NCBI GenBank assembly: GCA_963170165.1
Contig: CAUJGQ010000026.1
Span: 1,758 to 65,757, forward strand
DNA length: 64,000 nt
Origin: Chloroflexota bacterium
GTDB taxonomy: Bacteria > Chloroflexota > Dehalococcoidia > CAUJGQ01
Direction of reading: 5' to 3'
Shown: positions 1 to 8,956 of the stretch, piece after piece
Layout of the letters: every line of letters begins with the position of its first letter
How positions within the stretch are numbered: position 1 is the first letter of the stretch
Notes under the pieces: generated by a model
What the model saw: only the letters and a program-made list of their open reading frames with translations
Told to the model about the DNA's origin: nothing
Databases searched by the model: none
Position numbers and translations under genes: made by a program

Positions 1-2
1 CT

Positions 3-245
3 GGGCCGGCCGAACTGTGCGGCAAGCCTATCGACCCGTTCCTCGGCTGGCTGCTCACCTATCCCTTCAATCTCACCGGCCAGCCCACGATTACGGTTCC
101 GTGCGGCTTTACCAACGAGGGGCTGCCGGTCGGGCTGCAAATCGTCGGACGGCCGCGTCAGGATGTGGCGGTGCTGAGCGCGGCGGCGGCGTACGAACAG
201 GCGGCGCCCTGGCATTCGCACCGGCCGGTGCTCGACGCCGGCTAA
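3..245 (+). CDS. Amidase-signature family protein, C-terminal fragment (5' end outside window)
   Basis: Frame 3 translates GPAELCGKPIDPFLGWLLTYPFNLTGQPTITVPCGFTNEGLPVGLQIVGRPRQD...DAG*, a typical amidase / GatA-like C-terminus; stop TAA at 243-245. Confidence 0.6.
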   Translation, partial: GPAELCGKPIDPFLGWLLTYPFNLTGQPTITVPCGFTNEGLPVGLQIVGRPRQDVAVLSAAAAYEQAAPWHSHRPVLDAG

Positions 246-305
246 TTCCCCCGGCACCGCTGGAGTACACTGGCGGCAACCACCGCACGCGCAGAAGGAG
301 CAACC

Positions 306-1658
306 ATGACCGTGCAGAGCCGCGCGCAGGAGCTGGCCGCGCAGGACCTCGCTCACCTGATTCACCCGCTCTATCACGAGAAGGCGCAGGAAGGGGCGCT
401 GATCATCGAGCGAGGCGAAGGCATCCACGTCTGGGATGTTAATGGCAACCGCTACATTGACGGCCTGTCCTGCCTGTGGAACGTCAATGTCGGTCACGGC
501 CGCCGTGAGCTGGGCGAGGCGGCGCTGCGGCAGATGGAGCAACTCGCCTTCTTCAACAACTACACTGGCTACGCCGTTCCTTCGGCGGTGCAGCTGGCTG
601 CCCGCATCGCCGCCCTGGCGCCGGGCGACCTGAATGCCGTGTTCTTTACCAGCGGTGGCGCGGAGTCCAACGAGTCGGCCTTCAAGATGGCGCGGTTTTA
701 CTGGAACATCCAGGGCCGGCCATCCAAGACGAAGGTCATCTCGCGCATGGACGGCTATCACGGTGTGTCGCTGGCGGCCATGTCGGCAACAGGCATGTCG
801 GTGTACTGGGACCGGTTCGGTGACCGTGCCCCCGGCTTCTATCACGCCGTTTCACCCAATCAGTACCGGCTGGGCAACACACCGGAGGAGACGGCACGGC
901 TGGCTCTGGACTCCATCGAGGAGATCATCCGCCGCGAGGGCGCCGATTCAATCGCTGCCATCATCGCCGAGCCGATCCAAGGCGCGGGTGGGGTGATCGT
1001 GCCGCCACCGTCCTACATCACCGGGCTGCGGCAGCTGTGCGACCGGCACGAAGTGCTGCTGATCGCCGATGAGGTGATCACCGGCTTTGGCCGCACTGGC
1101 ACCTGGTTCGCCATGTCGCAATTTGGCGTCCAGCCGGACATCATGTCCTTCGCCAAGGGCGTGACCAGCGGTTACATCCAGCTGGGCGGCATCGTCATCT
1201 CCGAACGCATGCAGCGCGCGCTGGCGGCCCAGCCGGTGGACGTGAAATGGATGCATGCCTACACGTACTCCGGCCATGCCACTGCATGTGCGGTCGCTCT
1301 GGCAAACATGGACATCATCGAGCGTGAGCACCTGGCGGATAACGCCAAGACGGTAGGGGCATACCTGCTGCGCGCGCTGGAAGGGTTGCGCAACCTGCCA
1401 CACGTCGGCGATGTCCGCGGCTTTGGCATGCTTGGGCGTGTGGAGTTCGTGGCGGACCCGCGCACAAAGCAGGCTTTCCCGGCTGCCGCCCGTTACGGTG
1501 ACCGGGTTGTGGCGGAGATGCGTAAGCGCGGCGCGCTCACCCGCAATCGCGCTGATGTCGTGTGCTTCGCGCCGCCGCTAATCACCACTGAAACGCAGGT
1601 GGACGAACTGACCGGCATCGTACGTGAAGCAGTGCAGGCGGTGGATGCCGCGCTGTAG
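306..1658 (+). CDS. Class III (omega) aminotransferase, PLP-dependent
   Basis: 450 aa; motifs FFTSGGAESNESAFKMAR and DEVITGFGRTGTWFA (PLP-lysine region); RBS GAAGGAG 6 nt upstream of ATG. Confidence 0.9.
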   Translation: MTVQSRAQELAAQDLAHLIHPLYHEKAQEGALIIERGEGIHVWDVNGNRYIDGLSCLWNVNVGHGRRELGEAALRQMEQLAFFNNYTGYAVPSAVQLAARIAALAPGDLNAVFFTSGGAESNESAFKMARFYWNIQGRPSKTKVISRMDGYHGVSLAAMSATGMSVYWDRFGDRAPGFYHAVSPNQYRLGNTPEETARLALDSIEEIIRREGADSIAAIIAEPIQGAGGVIVPPPSYITGLRQLCDRHEVLLIADEVITGFGRTGTWFAMSQFGVQPDIMSFAKGVTSGYIQLGGIVISERMQRALAAQPVDVKWMHAYTYSGHATACAVALANMDIIEREHLADNAKTVGAYLLRALEGLRNLPHVGDVRGFGMLGRVEFVADPRTKQAFPAAARYGDRVVAEMRKRGALTRNRADVVCFAPPLITTETQVDELTGIVREAVQAVDAAL

Positions 1659-1752
1659 CAGCCAGCGCCGGACGTGGCCAGGGCGGTCACTCGCTCACGT
1701 CCGGCGCCGGCAGCACCACCCCGTCGCGACGTCAAACGCAGGGGGCAGCATC

Positions 1753-2181
1753 TTGACTGATTCGCACGCGAACCATGCCGGAGCCCGCGATCACGATGGC
1801 GTGGTACTGGTGCGCTCCGATGCGACCACGTCCACCCGCCAGCAACTGCCGCAGTTCGTGGGAATCTCGGCTGCGACGGCGGGAGCTCGTTCGCTATCCA
1901 TGAACCTGGTGGTTATTCCTCCGGGCGGGGCGGCCGCGCCCCATCTGCACGACGGCTACGAGACGGCGATCTACATCCTGCAAGGGGAAGTTGATACCCG
2001 CTACGGCCCCGGACTCGCCAGGTCGCTGATTGGGCAGGCGGGCGATTTCCTGTTTATCGCACAAGACGTCCCGCACCAGCCGGTTAACCTGAGCAAGGAA
2101 CAGCCGGCCATAGCGATTGTCGCCCGCAACGACGCCAATGAGCAGGAGAGCGTCAGGCCGTACGACCCGACCACCTCATAG
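1753..2181 (+). CDS. Cupin-domain protein
   Basis: Cupin-like core (VVIPPGGAAAPHLHDGYETAIYILQGE...GDFLFIAQDVPHQPVN). TTG at 1753 is preceded by AGGGGG; the alternative ATG at 1624 would overlap the aminotransferase by 35 nt. Start is uncertain. Confidence 0.6.
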   Translation: MTDSHANHAGARDHDGVVLVRSDATTSTRQQLPQFVGISAATAGARSLSMNLVVIPPGGAAAPHLHDGYETAIYILQGEVDTRYGPGLARSLIGQAGDFLFIAQDVPHQPVNLSKEQPAIAIVARNDANEQESVRPYDPTTS

Positions 2182-2247
2182 CCCAGCGTGTGCCGACCGG
2201 TCTACGGGCGGCCGGGCGCTCGTGTCACAGGAGTCGCACAACCGTCG

Positions 2248-3111
2248 ATGTTGCCAGCGGACGATCACACACACAGCGAGTGGTCCTGGGACGCCGCCGC
2301 CGGATCGATGGAAGGGTCGTGCCGTCGGGCTGTCGAACTGGGATTGCCATCTATCGCCTTCACTGAGCATGTCGACCTGGTGCGTTGGGTGCTGCCGCCG
2401 GAGGAACGGGCCCAATGGATCGCCCGCCGGCCGCACCGCGCCGCCTGGTTCGGCGAAGACGGCTCGCTCGGCCTGCCACCTCTGGACGTAGCGGGCTATC
2501 TGAACGGCATCGAACGCTGCCGGCAGCGGTTTCCGGAGCTGCGCATCCTCACCGGCGTGGAACTCGGCGAGCCGCACTGGTTTGCGGAGGGATCCCGGCA
2601 GGTGCTGGCGGGCGGGCACTTCCAGCGCGTGCTTGGCTCTCTGCACTCCCTTGAAATTGATGGCGCCTGCTGGATTGTCGATGCGCTGTTCCGCCACATG
2701 CCAGAGAGTCTCACGCCGGCTGACATCGTCCGGCTGTACCTGGGTGAGTTACTACGCATGGTCCAGGCGTCCGGCGCATTCGAGGTGTTGACCCACATCG
2801 ACTACCCGATTCGCGGCTGGCCGGCGGCCACCACGGCGTTTGAGCCTGCAGCCTTTGAGGGCGAGTTTAGGACAGTGCTGGGGGCGCTGGCGCGCTCCGA
2901 TCGGGTGCTGGAGATCAACACACGGTTGCCCCTCCACCCAACCATCGTGCGCTGGTGGCATGAAGCAGGCGGAGCCGCCGTCTCCTTTGGCAGCGACGCG
3001 CACCTGCCGGAGGCGGTAGCCGGCGGGTTCGTGGAGGCTGCCCAGATGGCAGCCGCGGCCGGGTTTCGCCCCGGTCGCTCGCTGCATGACTTCTGGGTGC
3101 GCACGCCGTAG
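2248..3111 (+). CDS. PHP-family phosphoesterase (histidinol-phosphatase-like)
   Basis: N-terminal DDHTHSEWSWDA (PHP HxH metal-binding signature), FTEHVD, later H/D motifs; ATG 2248 with AGGAG about 14 nt upstream. Confidence 0.75.
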   Translation: MLPADDHTHSEWSWDAAAGSMEGSCRRAVELGLPSIAFTEHVDLVRWVLPPEERAQWIARRPHRAAWFGEDGSLGLPPLDVAGYLNGIERCRQRFPELRILTGVELGEPHWFAEGSRQVLAGGHFQRVLGSLHSLEIDGACWIVDALFRHMPESLTPADIVRLYLGELLRMVQASGAFEVLTHIDYPIRGWPAATTAFEPAAFEGEFRTVLGALARSDRVLEINTRLPLHPTIVRWWHEAGGAAVSFGSDAHLPEAVAGGFVEAAQMAAAAGFRPGRSLHDFWVRTP

Positions 3112-3158
3112 CCATGCCGGCGCCGCAGAGCCTGCGCCGGGGCAGATTCTGTCATGCG

Positions 3159-3707
3159 CTACTGCGGCTCACGCTGCGGGGCACGGGAGGACGGGAGACG
3201 CCCATGGATTGCCCCCTCCGCATCAGCCAGCACCTCTGCCACCCGGCGTAACGTGTCACGGTCGTCGGAGTGCACCGTTACCCGAACTTGGCCGGGAATA
3301 CTCTCCTGGAACGTTCGATCATACTGGGGTGTGAGTGGCAGCGAGGCGATGGGGGTGACCAGCCCGCCGATCGCCAGGCCGACGACAGCCATCCCCAACG
3401 TTGTGATCAGGAAACCCCGATCCTCGAATCCAAACAGCAGGTAACCGATCAGCGCGCCGGCCAGCGCGCCTAATACAGCGCCCGTTGCGGCACCTCCTAC
3501 ACTCAGCCTCAGCCAGCTTCGGGCGGCGCCGGCATCGCGCTCTGGGATATCTGGTGCCTGCCGGAGGGCGCGGGCCGCGGCGCCCGCCAGCGTGATGCTG
3601 CCACCGTCTACCCCAGCCCGCTCCAGTTTCGTCATCGCCGCTCGGGCGTGCGCCATGCTGTCAAAGTCCGCGCTGACCTGGCCGCGATCCTGGGTGTTCC
3701 GCTCCAT
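3159..3707 (-). CDS. General stress protein 17M (YflT/DUF1269)-like membrane protein with glycine-zipper TM region
   Basis: 182 aa; N-terminal soluble domain (SADFDSMAHARAAMTKLERAGVDGGSITL), then Gly/Ala-rich TM segments (GAATGAVLGALAGALIGYLLFGF...GMAVVGLAIGG); AGGAG 6 nt upstream of ATG. Confidence 0.5.
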   Translation of the reverse strand: MERNTQDRGQVSADFDSMAHARAAMTKLERAGVDGGSITLAGAAARALRQAPDIPERDAGAARSWLRLSVGGAATGAVLGALAGALIGYLLFGFEDRGFLITTLGMAVVGLAIGGLVTPIASLPLTPQYDRTFQESIPGQVRVTVHSDDRDTLRRVAEVLADAEGAIHGRLPSSRAPQREPQ

Positions 3708-3965
3708 GGTCTGCTCCTGTACGTGTAGTACGTGGTCTTCTCAGGATCACCACCAGAACGACGGCGACGCCATAACCCACAGGTGCAGTCATGCATCCAC
3801 CTTTGGCCACGGGCGTCAGCCCGGAGGGTGTAGCCGCGGCCAGCCGCGGGCTGGCCGTTTGGGTGCCACAGCGGCCGGTGCAGATACGGCAGGATTGGTA
3901 CGCACCGCGGCCGGCCTCGGGCCTAGGCTGACGGTAGATGAACGATCCCGGAAGGAGAGCGAATC

Positions 3966-4142
3966 ATGGCCACGACCAGGCTTTCGGCCCGTTCGCGCGA
4001 TCTCGGCACCAGAATTCGGGCGACCGTGGACGGCACGGATGTGTATTACTGGCTCACCCGGCTGCCGGCAGCGCCGGTGCCCGTGTACGTGGATGGGCGG
4101 ATTCGCCGTCACAGCAGCGGCGGCTGGACGGTCAGGTTGTAG
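3966..4142 (+). CDS. Small hypothetical protein (58 aa)
   Basis: ATG at 3966 preceded by GGAAGGAGAG RBS; GC3 about 80%; MATTRLSARSRDLGTRIRATVDGTDVYYWLTRLPAAPVPVYVDGRIRRHSSGGWTVRL; below the ORF-track length cutoff. Confidence 0.4.
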   Translation: MATTRLSARSRDLGTRIRATVDGTDVYYWLTRLPAAPVPVYVDGRIRRHSSGGWTVRL

Positions 4143-4154
4143 AAGAGGGCAGTC

Positions 4155-4307
4155 ATGGTAAAGAAGGGTCAGCTCGAGGTTAGCAAAATGGATTCGCCGC
4201 GTCAGGGGGAGCCGCGCGACCCAAACGCTGAGAAGACTAAGCGGAAGGGTGGCTCGGCCAGCCAGCGGCGCGGCCGTGGTAGGTCTGAAGGAAGCTCCTC
4301 ATCCTAG
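4155..4307 (+). CDS. Small basic hydrophilic protein (50 aa), hypothetical
   Basis: ATG 4155 with AGAGGG upstream; MVKKGQLEVSKMDSPRQGEPRDPNAEKTKRKGGSASQRRGRGRSEGSSSS; GC3 only about 70%, so coding status is uncertain. Confidence 0.3.
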   Translation: MVKKGQLEVSKMDSPRQGEPRDPNAEKTKRKGGSASQRRGRGRSEGSSSS

Positions 4308-4327
4308 CGATACCGGGAGATAGCGAT

Positions 4328-4621
4328 ATGGCGAAGCAGGGCCAGCACAACCATGATGCCCGCGATTCCGACGTCTCGCGCGGGAACAACAACCCCGATA
4401 AGAGCGTCACCATTACCGCGGGTACGCCCAAGAAGAAGGACACGTACGACGCGCAGGCCCGCGCCCACGACGACCCGGGCAAGCCGGCGCAGGCTGCCAA
4501 GAACTCCAGGCAAGAGCCGGCCCGCGACCCGGATGACGCGCCGCTGCGCGCCCGCGACTCCGACATCACCGGTGGCCGCAGCGGCAGCGACTCCAATGCC
4601 TCCCGCCGCACACGAGGGTAG
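4328..4621 (+). CDS. Hydrophilin-like intrinsically disordered protein (97 aa)
   Basis: Very high GC3 (about 88%); GGGAGA RBS; sequence is charged and low in hydrophobic residues (D/R/K/N/G-rich). Its stop overlaps the next start (TAGTCTGATG). Confidence 0.6.
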   Translation: MAKQGQHNHDARDSDVSRGNNNPDKSVTITAGTPKKKDTYDAQARAHDDPGKPAQAAKNSRQEPARDPDDAPLRARDSDITGGRSGSDSNASRRTRG

Positions 4622-4625
4622 TCTG

Positions 4626-4988
4626 ATGAGCGGTCGTATCCCACACCCCGGCGCCCAGCATCCTGACCAGTGGCGCGAGGACCTTAACCCCGACACCGGC
4701 GCCGGCCAGAACCGCGGTCAGCACACCGATGGTACGCAGCGCCGCACCTTGTATGACGAGAAGGACCTGCACCGCCGTTTCGCCGGCTGGAACGACGCCG
4801 ATCTGAAAGAGGTTCCGCTTGTGCCTGCTGGGGCGCGTCTCCAGCAGGGTGCGACCTATATCGACCTGGCCGCTGCCCAACCGCAGGAGTTCACCGCCCG
4901 CGGGGATATGAGTGCCGAACACCGGCACTGTTACGTCGCCAAGGACGCGGTTGACTACGAGCGCTGGAACCGCCTGATTGATGCGTGA
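4626..4988 (+). CDS. Hypothetical protein (120 aa), translationally coupled to the upstream hydrophilin
   Basis: ATG 4626 in the frame of ORF 4353..4988; high GC3. The 4353 N-terminal extension overlaps the better-supported 4328 ORF and is rejected. Confidence 0.6.
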   Translation: MSGRIPHPGAQHPDQWREDLNPDTGAGQNRGQHTDGTQRRTLYDEKDLHRRFAGWNDADLKEVPLVPAGARLQQGATYIDLAAAQPQEFTARGDMSAEHRHCYVAKDAVDYERWNRLIDA

Positions 4989-5089
4989 CCGGCCCGGGTG
5001 CATGTCGCAAACTTGTTGCAGCCGTTGATCCTCCGTACGATGCCTCGGAACGCCGCACGACGGCGCCTATCGGAGGAGTACGCAAGACA

Positions 5090-5518
5090 ATGGCCACCCC
5101 AAAGGAGCTCAGACAAGCAGTTGTTGATGCCCGGGCCGACCTGCACTCGGCATTTCACAGCGCCCACGATACCTGGGAGACCAAGCCGGCCGGCGGCGAG
5201 GGTGAGGACGCATGGTCTCCTCGCCAGGTCGCCCAGCACATCATCGGCGCCGAGCTGTTCTTCGCCGGCCTGATCGCCCAGGCGTGCGGCGCACCACCGT
5301 TGGAGCGCCAGGTGCCCAATGTCGAGTCACCAGCGGACGCCGCCGCGTCGCTCACCCGCTTCAGCGCCATGTCTGATGAGATCCTGAGTCATGTCACCGA
5401 GGACGATCTAGCCAAGGTCCAGCAGACACGTCTGGGCGAGCTGAGCGTCCAGCAAATGCTGGCGTTGATTGTCAGCCACGCACATGACCACGCGAAGCAG
5501 ATCCGAGCTGCCGGATAA
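5090..5518 (+). CDS. DinB/MDMPI-family (DinB_2) metal-dependent protein
   Basis: His-rich four-helix signature (QHIIGAELFF ... SHAHDHAKQ); ATG 5090 has GGAGGAG 11 nt upstream; the longer 4985 start adds 35 non-homologous residues. Confidence 0.7.
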   Translation: MATPKELRQAVVDARADLHSAFHSAHDTWETKPAGGEGEDAWSPRQVAQHIIGAELFFAGLIAQACGAPPLERQVPNVESPADAAASLTRFSAMSDEILSHVTEDDLAKVQQTRLGELSVQQMLALIVSHAHDHAKQIRAAG

Positions 5519-5550
5519 CGCCATCCGGGCGGCGTGACCGATCCTCGTTG

Positions 5551-6324
5551 TCAGCCTTCATCCGCCGGCAACGGGACGGCAGCCGCCCGGTCCACCAGCC
5601 ACACCGCCGGCGTTGCGCGTTCCCGCAGGCGCTGAACCGGCAACGTGTCGGGCTCGTACGGGCCGTGCAGCACCCGGCGCAACGTTGCCGCCTTCTCGGC
5701 GCCGGACACCATCACCACCACCGCGCGCGCCGCGCACAGCACCGGTATGGTCAACGTCAGGCGCCGGTGCGGCGTCACCGGTGCACGAGTGGCCACCGCC
5801 GAGGTATGCACGTCGCGCAGCGCATCCGTGTGCGGGAACAGCGACGCGGTGTGCCCGTCCGCACCCATGCCAAGCAGTACGAGGTCCAGCACCGGCATCC
5901 CGTGGCCGTCCAGCGGCACATGGGCGCGGAGCACCTGCGCGTAGCGCACCGCCTCCGCATCCGCGTCGGGCTTCTCGCCCAACCACCGATGGACCATAGC
6001 CGGTGCGGTCACCAGCCGGGCGAGCAGCGCGGCGTGAGCGGCGCCGAAGTTGCTGTCCGGGTGATCGGGCGGCACACAGCGCTCATCCGCCCAGAAGACC
6101 TGCGTCTGAGGCCAGAGCATCCGCACCTGCCATTCGGCCAGCGCCAGCAACGCGAACAGCCGCTGCGGTGTTGTGCCACCGGAGAGGGCGATGGTGAACT
6201 GTCCTCGCTCCTTGACGGCCGAGCGCGCCGCCGCCGCCAGTCGCGCCGCAGCCTCCCAAGCGAGGGCATCGGCATCCGCGAGCACCACCGGCTGCACCGG
6301 CGCGGTGGTGCTCACTCCGTCCAC
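5551..6324 (-). CDS. pgl: 6-phosphogluconolactonase
   Basis: FTIALSGGTTP and WADERCVP motifs; GTG start 18 nt after the zwf stop. Confidence 0.9.
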   Translation of the reverse strand: MDGVSTTAPVQPVVLADADALAWEAAARLAAAARSAVKERGQFTIALSGGTTPQRLFALLALAEWQVRMLWPQTQVFWADERCVPPDHPDSNFGAAHAALLARLVTAPAMVHRWLGEKPDADAEAVRYAQVLRAHVPLDGHGMPVLDLVLLGMGADGHTASLFPHTDALRDVHTSAVATRAPVTPHRRLTLTIPVLCAARAVVVMVSGAEKAATLRRVLHGPYEPDTLPVQRLRERATPAVWLVDRAAAVPLPADEG

Positions 6325-6342
6325 CGGCCGGCGCCCATCCGC

Positions 6343-8046
6343 CTACGGCCGCCCATGGATCACCCGCCAGCTCCGGCCGTCGCGCTCCATCAGGTCATCG
6401 GCTTCGCGCGGTCCCCACGTGCCGGCTTCGTAGATCCCCATGCTGTCACCAGATTGCTGCCAGGCGTCCAGCACCGGCGTGAACAGCGACCAGGAGCCTT
6501 CGACCTCGTCACTGCGGGTGAACAGCGTGTGATCACCGAGCATGGCATCGAGCAGCAACCGTTCATACGCCTCGGGTGGCTCGGCGCCGAAGCTGGAGCC
6601 GTAGAAGAAATTCATGTTGACCGAGTCCAGGTCCATCGCCGGACCAGGAACTTTGGCCTCGAACTTCAGGGCAATACCCTCGTCGGGCTGTATCCGTAGC
6701 ACGATCGTGTTCGGCTCTGCGCCGGTCGATGGATCACGATCGCGGAACAGGCGGAGCGGCGGCCGGTTGTAGACCATTGCCACCTCGGTCACGCGCTTGG
6801 GCAGGCGCTTGCCGTGGCGCAGATAGAACGGCACACCTGCCCACCGCCAGTTATCGATGAACAATCGCAGTGCGACGTACGTAGGCGTGTCGGAGTCTGG
6901 GGCTACCCCCTCCTCCTGGCGAAATCCAGCCACGCTCGTGCCGTCCATGATGCCGGGAACGTAACGGGCACGGACAATGTCGGTGTGCAACTGGCTGTCG
7001 GCAAACGGACGGATGGCGCGCAACACCTTCAGCTTTTCATCGCGCACCGCGTCGGCGGCGAAGGTGGCCGGGGGCTCCATCGCCACCAGCGTCAGCAGCT
7101 GCATCATGTGGTTCTGGACCATGTCGCGCAGCGCGCCCGACGTGTCGTAGTAGCCGCCGCGGCCCTCCATCCCCAGCGTCTCGGCAACCGTGATCTCGAC
7201 GTGGTCCACGTAACGCCGGTTCCACAGCGGCTCAAAGATGGCATTGCCGAAGCGAAACACCAGGATGTTCTGCACGGTCTCTTTGCCAAGATAGTGGTCG
7301 ATGCGGAAGATTTGGCGCTCCTGGAAGAACTCGTGCAGCTGCTGGTTGAGCGTTCGAGCGGTGGCAAGGTCGTGACCGAACGGCTTCTCCACCACGATGC
7401 GCGTCCAGCGACCCTCCTCAGGTTGTGCCAGACCCGCCCGGCCGAGTTGTTCGGCAATCACGCCAAAGGCATCCGGTGGGGTAGCCAGATAGTAGGTGCG
7501 GTTGCCGCCCGCACCGCCGGCCGCATCCTCGGCCAGCGCAGCGGCCAGGCGCTCAAAGCCGCCCGCGTCGTCGAATGCGGATTGCACGTAGCGCAGACAC
7601 GAACCGAAGTCCGGCCACGCCGCCGCGTCCGCAGCATTCTCGACCGACGCCTCCCGCATCTGTGAGCGGAAGTCCTCGTCGGTCAGTGGCCTCCGCGCCA
7701 CCCCAATCACCGAGAATCCTGGCGGGAGCATGTGTTGCTGGTGCAGCCGGAACAGGGCCGGCATCAGCTTGCGGCGCGTCAGATCACCCGAGGCGCCGAA
7801 GATGACAAACGTGTTTGGCTCCGGCATGCGCTGGCCGACCGCCGCGCGCGCCGGTGCCGGTCCCGGCTCCACACTCCGCGACACGGCGGGCGGCGCAGTT
7901 GACAGGTCATTGGCCCCATCGCTCGTCGCGCGGGCGCCCCGGGCACGCGGCACCGGCGGCCCGCCCTGGGCCTGGCGCACTCGCTCCAGCCGCGCCTTCA
8001 GCCGTTCACCATCATCGCCGTTTTGGCCGGTCGTCGCAGTCATCAC
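6343..8046 (-). CDS. zwf: Glucose-6-phosphate 1-dehydrogenase
   Basis: [27 protein letters not shown] motifs. Start uncertain: GTGATGA overlap with the gnd stop at 8043-8046 gives a ~75 aa Ala/Pro/Arg-rich N-terminal extension; an internal ATG at 7827 gives a canonical 494-aa protein. Confidence 0.9.
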   Translation of the reverse strand: MMTATTGQNGDDGERLKARLERVRQAQGGPPVPRARGARATSDGANDLSTAPPAVSRSVEPGPAPARAAVGQRMPEPNTFVIFGASGDLTRRKLMPALFRLHQQHMLPPGFSVIGVARRPLTDEDFRSQMREASVENAADAAAWPDFGSCLRYVQSAFDDAGGFERLAAALAEDAAGGAGGNRTYYLATPPDAFGVIAEQLGRAGLAQPEEGRWTRIVVEKPFGHDLATARTLNQQLHEFFQERQIFRIDHYLGKETVQNILVFRFGNAIFEPLWNRRYVDHVEITVAETLGMEGRGGYYDTSGALRDMVQNHMMQLLTLVAMEPPATFAADAVRDEKLKVLRAIRPFADSQLHTDIVRARYVPGIMDGTSVAGFRQEEGVAPDSDTPTYVALRLFIDNWRWAGVPFYLRHGKRLPKRVTEVAMVYNRPPLRLFRDRDPSTGAEPNTIVLRIQPDEGIALKFEAKVPGPAMDLDSVNMNFFYGSSFGAEPPEAYERLLLDAMLGDHTLFTRSDEVEGSWSLFTPVLDAWQQSGDSMGIYEAGTWGPREADDLMERDGRSWRVIHGRP

Positions 8047-8942
8047 GGCGCCGCCTTTACGGCATGTCCGCCGAACTCGTTGCGGAGCGCCGCGATCACC
8101 TTGGCCGAGAATGACTCCGGCTGGCGCGAGGCAAAGCGGGCCATGAGCGACAGGGTGAGCACAGGCGCAGGCACATCCTGGTCAATCGCCTCCTGTACCG
8201 TCCACCGGCCCTCGCCGGAGTCCTGCACGTAGCCCGCAATCGCCTCCAGCTTGGCATCCTTGCCGAGCGCATCGACCAACAGGTCGAGCAGCCACGAACG
8301 CACCACGCTGCCACGAGTCCACAGCGCCGCGATCTGGGGTAAGTCCAGGTCCCAACGGGCGCCGTGCAGCAGCTCGAAGCCCTCGCCGAACGCCTGCAGC
8401 ATTCCATATTCGATGCCGTTGTGGATCATCTTGGTGAAGTGGCCCGAGCCGGTGGGTCCGGTGTGGAGGTAGCCGTTTGGTGGCGCCAGAGTGCGCAGCG
8501 CCGGCTCGACGAGCCCAAATGCCTCCGGCGCACCCCCTACCATCAGGCAGTAGCCGGCCTTAAGCCCCCAGATTCCGCCGCTGGTGCCGGCATCGACGAA
8601 GCGAACGCCATCCCCGGCCAGCGACTCGCCCCGGCGGATCGAGTCGTGGTAGTTGGAGTTGCCACCATCGACGAGCACGTCCCCACTGGCCAGTAGCGGT
8701 CTCAACGCGTCGATGGTGGATTCGGTCGGCGCACCGGAGGGAACCATGACCCAGACGACGCGGGGCAATGGCAGCGCCGCTACCAGCCCTTCCAGCGACT
8801 CCGCTGGCTCGGCGCCTTCGGCGGCTACTGCCTGGACAGCTTCTGGGCTGCGGTCGTAGGCGACGACGCGGTGCCCCCCTAGCAGCAGCCGGCGCACCAT
8901 GTTTGCGCCCATGCGCCCGAGGCCAACCATGCCAATGTCCAT
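8043..8942 (-). CDS. gnd: 6-phosphogluconate dehydrogenase, short (about 300 aa, YqeC/GntZ-like) form
   Basis: [23 protein letters not shown]-binding N-terminus; AAGGGGG RBS 5 nt upstream of ATG 8942 (the ORF track extends to 8957). Confidence 0.85.
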   Translation of the reverse strand: MDIGMVGLGRMGANMVRRLLLGGHRVVAYDRSPEAVQAVAAEGAEPAESLEGLVAALPLPRVVWVMVPSGAPTESTIDALRPLLASGDVLVDGGNSNYHDSIRRGESLAGDGVRFVDAGTSGGIWGLKAGYCLMVGGAPEAFGLVEPALRTLAPPNGYLHTGPTGSGHFTKMIHNGIEYGMLQAFGEGFELLHGARWDLDLPQIAALWTRGSVVRSWLLDLLVDALGKDAKLEAIAGYVQDSGEGRWTVQEAIDQDVPAPVLTLSLMARFASRQPESFSAKVIAALRNEFGGHAVKAAP

Positions 8943-8956
8943 GTCCGCCCCCTTCA

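Noticed and set aside
4353-4625. N-terminal extension of ORF 4353..4988 (MMPAIPTSRAGTTTPIRASPLPRVRPRRR...)
   Set aside because: It overlaps, in another frame, the 4328..4621 ORF, which has much stronger codon bias (GC3) and an RBS; the downstream ATG 4626 is coupled to that ORF's stop.
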